Shown one piece after another: positions 58,732-64,000 of a stretch of 64,000 nucleotides of DNA (positions are counted from its first letter, which is position 1; each line of letters opens with the position of its first letter). The notes under the pieces were generated by a model that was not told where the DNA came from, searched no databases, and saw only the letters and a program-made list of their open reading frames with translations. The stretch lies in NCBI GenBank assembly GCA_964357395.1, contig CAYHLC010000002.1, positions 41,033 to 105,032 of the forward strand, written 5' to 3'. Position numbers and translations under genes: made by a program. Source of the stretch: an uncultured Candidatus Saccharibacteria bacterium. GTDB lineage: Bacteria > Patescibacteriota > Minisyncoccia > Phycocordibacterales > Phycocordibacteraceae.

Positions 58732-59007
58732 ATGACGTTAAGATCACAAAGTGAGGTTGTCGCTGATGCAGTTGGCACGGCCCAAAGAGCAGGAGCAGTA
58801 GAGAGTAATGTATTCAGAGCATTAGTAGTGGCGGTCGTAGTGGATGCCGCTCTTGTTGGACTATCAGTCCTCGATACCGAGTTCGTGCCTCTCACCATCA
58901 TCGCCATTATCGGCACCTGTATGATCGGTATGCAATACAAGCGTACCCGCCATACATCCGCCGAGAGGTCGCAAGACGCTGAGCGTGAGGCGCGCGATCT
59001 TTGGTAA
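58732..59007 (+). CDS. Hypothetical protein with a hydrophobic core segment
   Basis: 91-aa ORF followed by a terminator. Confidence 0.4.
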   Translation: MTLRSQSEVVADAVGTAQRAGAVESNVFRALVVAVVVDAALVGLSVLDTEFVPLTIIAIIGTCMIGMQYKRTRHTSAERSQDAEREARDLW

Positions 59008-59027
59008 AGGGTACTAATAGCTAAAGC

Positions 59028-59054
59028 AAGGGCCCCCATGGGGCCTTTTTGCTT
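59028..59054 (+). terminator. Rho-independent terminator (GGGCCCC-CAT-GGGGCC plus TTTTTGCTT)
   Basis: Direct read of a GC stem plus T run after the 58732-59007 ORF. Confidence 0.65.
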
Positions 59055-59328
59055 AGTCCCTCTTATCGTGGACGGGACAACCCTTGACGATCATAGTATC
59101 GAAGCAGCCAAGGCAGCCGTCATTAGATGATTCTGTGATTGCTAGCTTTTCGAGTGACATATGTTTTGTTTGATGAAATGAATTAAAAAGGCCCCGGTCG
59201 GGGCCTTGGTGCGTTTGTGTAATTTATGCGCGACGCCAAGACCCCCACCTAAATGCGGTAAACCAAAAAGAATAGTTGGTAGTCGATAGTGGGTAGCCGA
59301 TAGTCATTAGAAATAGCATAGCATTTTT

Positions 59329-60075
59329 GTGGTATATTTGGCAAGTATGATTGGCGTATTTAGCGTTACAACTGGCCAGTTTGAGGGACCACTCGACCTC
59401 CTCCTATCCCTCGTCGAGGAGCGGAAGATGCTCATATCTGACGTCTCACTCTCAACTGTCGCAGACGCATTCCTCAACCATATATCGGGCAGGGAGTCGT
59501 TCCCACTCGGCGAGACAGCGCAGTTCGTCGCAGTCGCAGCTACCTTGCTCCTCCTCAAGTCACGCGCGCTCCTCCCGGTACTCACCCTCACCGACGATGA
59601 GGAGGGGGACATCAAGGACCTTGAGACGCGCCTCCGCCTGCTGCAGATCATGCGCAGTGCCTCGAGGAATATCGCAGCAATGCGTATCACCCGCATGTAC
59701 TTTGGCGAGGGGCTGCGCACTACGGAGCCAATCTTTACTCCGTCCAAGGATCTCTCGGCGGAGGCGCTGCATACGGCAGCAAAGTCCGCATTACAGAATG
59801 CCCCTCGCAAAAAGTTTGTCCAGGAGATAGCGGTCAAGGCGGTTATCTCTTTGGACGAGATGATTGAGCGACTTACCAAGCGTGTGCAGAGCGCTATTAG
59901 TATGAGCTTCCGCGAGTTTGCGTCCGGCAGTACTGACCCGAGGGAAATCGTCGTCGGCTTTCTTGCCATACTGGAATTAGTGAAGCGCGGCTTTGCACAA
60001 GTAACGCAGGACAAGCACTACGAGGATATAACTATCGAGTACGCAGGTAGCACAGGAACACCGACGTATGAGTAG
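59329..60075 (+). CDS. scpA: Segregation and condensation protein A
   Basis: FEGPLDLLLSLVEERKM motif at the N-terminus. Confidence 0.85.
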   Translation: MVYLASMIGVFSVTTGQFEGPLDLLLSLVEERKMLISDVSLSTVADAFLNHISGRESFPLGETAQFVAVAATLLLLKSRALLPVLTLTDDEEGDIKDLETRLRLLQIMRSASRNIAAMRITRMYFGEGLRTTEPIFTPSKDLSAEALHTAAKSALQNAPRKKFVQEIAVKAVISLDEMIERLTKRVQSAISMSFREFASGSTDPREIVVGFLAILELVKRGFAQVTQDKHYEDITIEYAGSTGTPTYE

Positions 60076-60646
60076 CACACCACTCCCCGTCCGCATCGAA
60101 GCGTATCTCTTCTTTAGGGGAGGGTCTGTGTCGCTAAAAGAGGTAGAGAAGGCACTTGGCGCCTCGCGAGAGCAGCTGCTTGCGGCACTTACCGAACTAC
60201 GAACTACACTTGAGGGCAGGGGACTCGCACTAGTGCAGACGAATAACGCAGTAGCTCTGGTAACGGCGCCGGCAGTGCACGAGGAGATAGAGCGGCTGCG
60301 TAAGGAGGAACTGGAGGGCCCGCTTGGTCGCGCAGGCCTCGAGACGCTTGCTATCGTCATGTACCGGGGCCCCTTGTCGAGGGCAGATATCGAGTATATC
60401 CGTGGCGTTAATGTCTCGACGACGCTCCGCACCTTGCAGATCCGTGGCCTGGTGGAGCGGATTGATAACCCGAATGATAAGCGCTCGTTCCTCTACCGTG
60501 TTACAACAGATACGCCTGCATACCTCGGAGTCTCCCGGATAGAGGATCTCCCCGAATACGCTGCGGTCGTTGCAGAGGTAGATGCGGTGCTCAAGGAGCG
60601 TGCAGATCTCGAAAAGGCCGAGGCAGCTACCAACGAAGAACTATGA
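60068..60646 (+). CDS. scpB: Segregation and condensation protein B
   Basis: Two winged-helix repeats (LALVQTNNAVALVT; LETLAIVMYRGPLSRADIEYIRGV). Confidence 0.85.
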   Translation: MSSTPLPVRIEAYLFFRGGSVSLKEVEKALGASREQLLAALTELRTTLEGRGLALVQTNNAVALVTAPAVHEEIERLRKEELEGPLGRAGLETLAIVMYRGPLSRADIEYIRGVNVSTTLRTLQIRGLVERIDNPNDKRSFLYRVTTDTPAYLGVSRIEDLPEYAAVVAEVDAVLKERADLEKAEAATNEEL

Positions 60647-61557
60647 ACTACAGACTACTTGCATTCGGTATAGGTGCGCTCATTGGGAGCGCGGTTATGC
60701 TTGGGGAGCTGCTGCCGCAGGGAGAAGTATACGTCGCCCAGATACCGTATTGCGAGAGCCGCGGCACAGAGCCGAACATACTGGCGCGCGCTGGATACGC
60801 GTACGATGGCGCGACCGGCGCCCTGCTCTACGACAAGAGCGCTGACGCGCAGCTCCCACTCGCGTCCCTCACCAAGGTAATGACGGTAGTAACCGCACTC
60901 GACACACTCGGCGCTACCTCGGTGACCATTACGCGTGACTCATTGACCCCAGATGGTGAGTACGGCCTCCGTGTGGGGGAAGTATGGGAGGCACAGGACC
61001 TTGCGGATTTCACATTGGTAGGTTCCGTCAATGATGGCGCGCGCGCCCTGATGCTTGCAGCAACACAAGTGCTTGGCGGTGAGCCGCGACTCTTTTATGA
61101 TGCAATGAATCGTCGGGCGCGTGCTGAGGGCCTCCTCTCCACCTACTTTGTTAACGAAACGGGACTCGATGAGACTGCTGTGACGGCAGGTGCGTACGGC
61201 TCGGCGCACGATGTAGCGCACCTCTTTATGCAGACCGCAGAGCGGTACCCATCCCTGGTAGAGAAGTCGGTGCAGCCGAGCGGGACCTTCACCTCCTTGA
61301 CCGGTATCCGCCACACGATAGACAACACCTCGCTCGTCGCCTCCACATTCGCATCACCCATACTCTCCAAAACTGGTTATACCGACCTCGCCGGAGGGAA
61401 CCTCGCAGTTGTATTCGAGCCCTTTCCTGGACATCCGATATCAGTTGCTATTCTTGGCTCCAGCAAGGAAGGTCGCGACCAAGATATGCGCGTCGTCGCG
61501 CAGTATGCGACCAAGGAGTTGAAGCGCATTCTGGAGTGTGAGTCGCTGCGCATATGA
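60643..61557 (+). CDS. D-alanyl-D-alanine carboxypeptidase (S11, DacA-like)
   Basis: SxxK (LASLTKVMT), SxN (SVND) and KTG (SKTGYT) motifs. Confidence 0.8.
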   Translation: MNYRLLAFGIGALIGSAVMLGELLPQGEVYVAQIPYCESRGTEPNILARAGYAYDGATGALLYDKSADAQLPLASLTKVMTVVTALDTLGATSVTITRDSLTPDGEYGLRVGEVWEAQDLADFTLVGSVNDGARALMLAATQVLGGEPRLFYDAMNRRARAEGLLSTYFVNETGLDETAVTAGAYGSAHDVAHLFMQTAERYPSLVEKSVQPSGTFTSLTGIRHTIDNTSLVASTFASPILSKTGYTDLAGGNLAVVFEPFPGHPISVAILGSSKEGRDQDMRVVAQYATKELKRILECESLRI

Positions 61558-62594
61558 TCGACGAAGTGATCAAAGTCTTTGTGCCCGCCGTTGCGGCCTT
61601 CTGGATCGGCATTGCAGGCGCGCCGCTCCTTACGCACTACTTGTATACCTGGAAGGTCTGGAAGAAGAAGGGTGGCAAGCGTGCTCTCGACGGGTCCGAG
61701 GCAGTCGAGTTTGGCAAGCTGCACGAGAATACTGAGGAAAAGACCAGGACGCCGCGCATGGGCGGCATATTGATCTGGGGGAGCGTACTCATCACTGCTG
61801 GGCTCTCGACACTGTTCCCTGATTTCTCGTTCATTAGTCGCTCGCAGACGTGGATACCGCTGATGACACTCCTTGTTGGAGCTGTTGTTGGATTTGCAAA
61901 CGATGTTTTGGATGTTGCAGATCGTTCGATGAAGGGGATACCGATCTCGGTGCGCCTTGCTGCGGTAACCATACTCTCCTTGTTCGTTGGGTCCTGGTTC
62001 CATACCAAGCTCGGCATCGAGGTTATTGGCATTCCGTTCTTCTCGGACCTGTACCTCGGTTGGCTGATCATCCCGCTCTTTGTACTCACCTCGCTATTCC
62101 TCTACGCCTCTGGCGTTATCGATGGCATCGACGGACTCTCGGGAGGCGTGTTCTCCTCTATCTTCGGTGCGTATGCTTTCATTGCGTATAGCAACGGCCA
62201 AGTCGACCTTGCAGCCTTCTGTGCCACCGTAGTTGGAGCTTTACTCGCATTCCTCTGGTTTAATGTCCCACCGGCGCGCTTCTGGATGACAGAAACAGGA
62301 TCAATGGCGCTCACCATTACCATCGCTGCGGTCGCATTCCTCACCGACATGAAGGGTGAGGGGAACGGCGTTGCGGTGTTGCCGATCATCGCGTTCCTCC
62401 TCGTCGCAACGGTGGCGTCTAACGTGCTGCAAATCCTTTCGAAGAAGTATCGCGGCAAAAAGCTGTTCCGCATCGCACCCCTCCACCATCACTTCGAGGC
62501 GCTCGGGTGGCCCGGGTACAAAGTCACGATGCGGTACTGGATCCTCTCTATCATCTTTGCTATTAGCGGAGTTGCGGTAGCATTAGTGGGATGA
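61554..62594 (+). CDS. mraY: Phospho-N-acetylmuramoyl-pentapeptide transferase
   Basis: KTRTPRMGGILI motif and a 10-TM profile. Confidence 0.9.
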   Translation: MIDEVIKVFVPAVAAFWIGIAGAPLLTHYLYTWKVWKKKGGKRALDGSEAVEFGKLHENTEEKTRTPRMGGILIWGSVLITAGLSTLFPDFSFISRSQTWIPLMTLLVGAVVGFANDVLDVADRSMKGIPISVRLAAVTILSLFVGSWFHTKLGIEVIGIPFFSDLYLGWLIIPLFVLTSLFLYASGVIDGIDGLSGGVFSSIFGAYAFIAYSNGQVDLAAFCATVVGALLAFLWFNVPPARFWMTETGSMALTITIAAVAFLTDMKGEGNGVAVLPIIAFLLVATVASNVLQILSKKYRGKKLFRIAPLHHHFEALGWPGYKVTMRYWILSIIFAISGVAVALVG

Positions 62595-63697
62595 GCTCAC
62601 GCAAAGTATTTGCAGTCGACAAAACACTTGCTGCAATAACTGGCATTTTGGTTGCCGCTGGAATGTTGATATTCCTCTCGGCTTCGTTCGGCCTCCTTGC
62701 AAAAGAGGGGCTGCAGTTCGAGTCGGCACTACTCACGCAGCTCGTCCTCGGCCTCGGTGGCGGGCTCCTCGTCGGTACGGCAGTACTCTATATCCCATTC
62801 AAGGCGTTTCGGAAGTATGCACACATACTTTTTGGACTCGGACTCCTCTTAACACTCGCCGTCTTCATTCCGGGTATTGGCCTTAGCGCAAATGGGGCTA
62901 CGCGCTGGCTCGACCTCCGTTTTACTACCGTGCAGCCCGTTGAGTTTCTGAAGATCGGATATGTCCTCTTTCTCGCGAGCTGGCTCGCAGCTGGGAAGGG
63001 GAGAGCGGCGAGCCTCTATGAGGGGATAGTCCCGTTCGGCGTCATTACGGCGCTCGTTGGTATCGCGCTCCTATTGCAGCCGGACACCGACACGTTCCTC
63101 ATCATAGCCGCATCCGGGTTCGCCATGATGTTTGCGGCCGGTATGCGCTGGCGGGACCTTGCGATCGGTGCGTGTATCGGGCTCCTCCTGGTCGGACTCC
63201 TTATTGCAGCGCGTCCGTACCTCTTAGAGCGGGTGAAGACGTACCTCAACCCGGGCCGCGACCCACAAGGCGCTGGGTATCAGATCCAGCAGTCGCTGAT
63301 TGCAGTTGGGTCAGGTGAACTTTTTGGTCGAGGCTTTGGGCAGAGCGTACAAAAGTTTAACTATCTTCCAGAAGCGCGCTCCGATTCCATTTTCGCTGTC
63401 TATGCAGAGGAGTTCGGATTTTTTGGGAGCATCCTCTTGGTACTTGGGTTCCTCGGCTTTGCGATGCGAGGCTTCTGGGTTGCAGCGCGCACTCCAGATT
63501 TGTTCAGTGGGCTCACCGTTGTTGGCCTTGTGACATTGATTGCCGCACAGGCCTTCCTCAACATCGCCGCCATGGTGGGCCTCGCTCCAGTCGGCGGGCT
63601 GCCCCTCGTCTTCGTCTCCCACGGGGGTACCGCGCTTATGCTTGCCCTCGTGATGGTGGCTCTGATCCTCAGCGCCTCCCGTACGGTTAGGCGTTAG
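62591..63697 (+). CDS. ftsW: SEDS family peptidoglycan glycosyltransferase FtsW/RodA
   Basis: GATRWLDL, QP(V)EF.KI and polytopic membrane topology. Confidence 0.9.
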   Translation: MSSRKVFAVDKTLAAITGILVAAGMLIFLSASFGLLAKEGLQFESALLTQLVLGLGGGLLVGTAVLYIPFKAFRKYAHILFGLGLLLTLAVFIPGIGLSANGATRWLDLRFTTVQPVEFLKIGYVLFLASWLAAGKGRAASLYEGIVPFGVITALVGIALLLQPDTDTFLIIAASGFAMMFAAGMRWRDLAIGACIGLLLVGLLIAARPYLLERVKTYLNPGRDPQGAGYQIQQSLIAVGSGELFGRGFGQSVQKFNYLPEARSDSIFAVYAEEFGFFGSILLVLGFLGFAMRGFWVAARTPDLFSGLTVVGLVTLIAAQAFLNIAAMVGLAPVGGLPLVFVSHGGTALMLALVMVALILSASRTVRR

Positions 63698-63724
63698 CAG
63701 AAGCGCTGATATACTGAAGGCGAT

Positions 63725-64000
63725 ATGCGGATCGTTTTTACGGGAGGAGGGACAGGGGGGCACTTTTATCCAATAGTCGCAGTAGCAGAGGCAGTACGCG
63801 AGTTGGTCAAGGAGCGCAGGCTCCTCGAGCCACAACTCTTTTTTCTTGGACCGAACGTTTTTGACGAGCGAGCTCTCTACGACCTCGACGTGCAGTACGT
63901 GCACACACCAGCAGGGAAGTCGCGTAGGTACTTTTCGATACTCAACGTTATAGACCTCTTCAAAACAGCGTTCGGTGTGCTAAAGACGTTGTGGGTGCTC
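63725..64000 (+). CDS. murG: MurG (N-terminal part, runs off the window end)
   Basis: MRIVFTGGGTGGHFYP N-terminal glycine-rich motif. Confidence 0.85.
   Translation, partial: MRIVFTGGGTGGHFYPIVAVAEAVRELVKERRLLEPQLFFLGPNVFDERALYDLDVQYVHTPAGKSRRYFSILNVIDLFKTAFGVLKTLWVL

Noticed and set aside
59055-59215. Minus-strand mini-ORF (MSLEKLAITESSNDGCLGCFDTMIVKGCPVHDKRD) and the hairpin AAAAAGGCCCCGGTCGGGGCCTTGG at 59187-59211.
   Set aside because: The ORF is only 35 aa with no support, and the hairpin lacks a convincing U tract on either strand. Possibly just promoter or structure for scpA.
1-64000. tRNA, rRNA, tmRNA and RNase P genes.
   Set aside because: No tRNA-like or rRNA signature sequences were recognised by eye in the few intergenic gaps. 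A proper tRNAscan/Infernal run is needed to be sure.

Overview
This 64 kb window is almost entirely coding and nearly all genes are on the + strand; the sequence appears to be about 55-58% GC with lower-GC islands, judged by eye. Housekeeping genes identified from motifs in the ORF translations: leuS, mltG, mnmA, ung (-), an M13 PepO-like peptidase (-), a truncated alaS, the compact block infA-rpmJ-rpsM-rpsK-rpsD-rpoA-rplQ-rplM-rpsI, grpE-dnaK-dnaJ, trpS, an archaeal-type aspS, scpA-scpB, and the start of a cell-wall cluster (DacA-like, mraY, ftsW, murG partial). The short AlaRS, archaeal-type AspRS, many tiny Cys-rich ORFs and weak Shine-Dalgarno sequences fit a small-genome Patescibacteria-like bacterium; this is inference only. 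No rRNA, tRNA or CRISPR array was found. Accessory content is concentrated in four places. (1) A 2,538-2,561 aa SpvB/FG-GAP/RHS polymorphic toxin (39969-47585) with an unassigned C-terminal tip, an overlapping zinc-ribbon immunity candidate, an IS200/RAYT-like Y1 transposase, and a displaced fragment of an internal RHS insert domain. (2) An ATP-cone-Mrr nuclease gene directly followed by a Cas4-like PD-(D/E)XK nuclease gene (9644-11312), next to DNA-repair genes (Ogt-like, nitroreductase, ung). (3) Six Nudix domains, one of them a degenerate Nudix-like fold inserted inside LeuRS. (4) A plsC / fadE-like / AAR-like lipid cluster plus an orphan histidine kinase with a duplicated 3' remnant. Two regulatory signals recur. 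A tandem 14-bp palindrome CATCATATATGATG sits upstream of both the ogt-nitroreductase pair and the grpE-dnaK-dnaJ region, which has no CIRCE element. A conserved 26-bp AT-rich motif carrying an extended -10-like TGATATWAC occurs twice. No database searches were run; every call rests on motif recognition.
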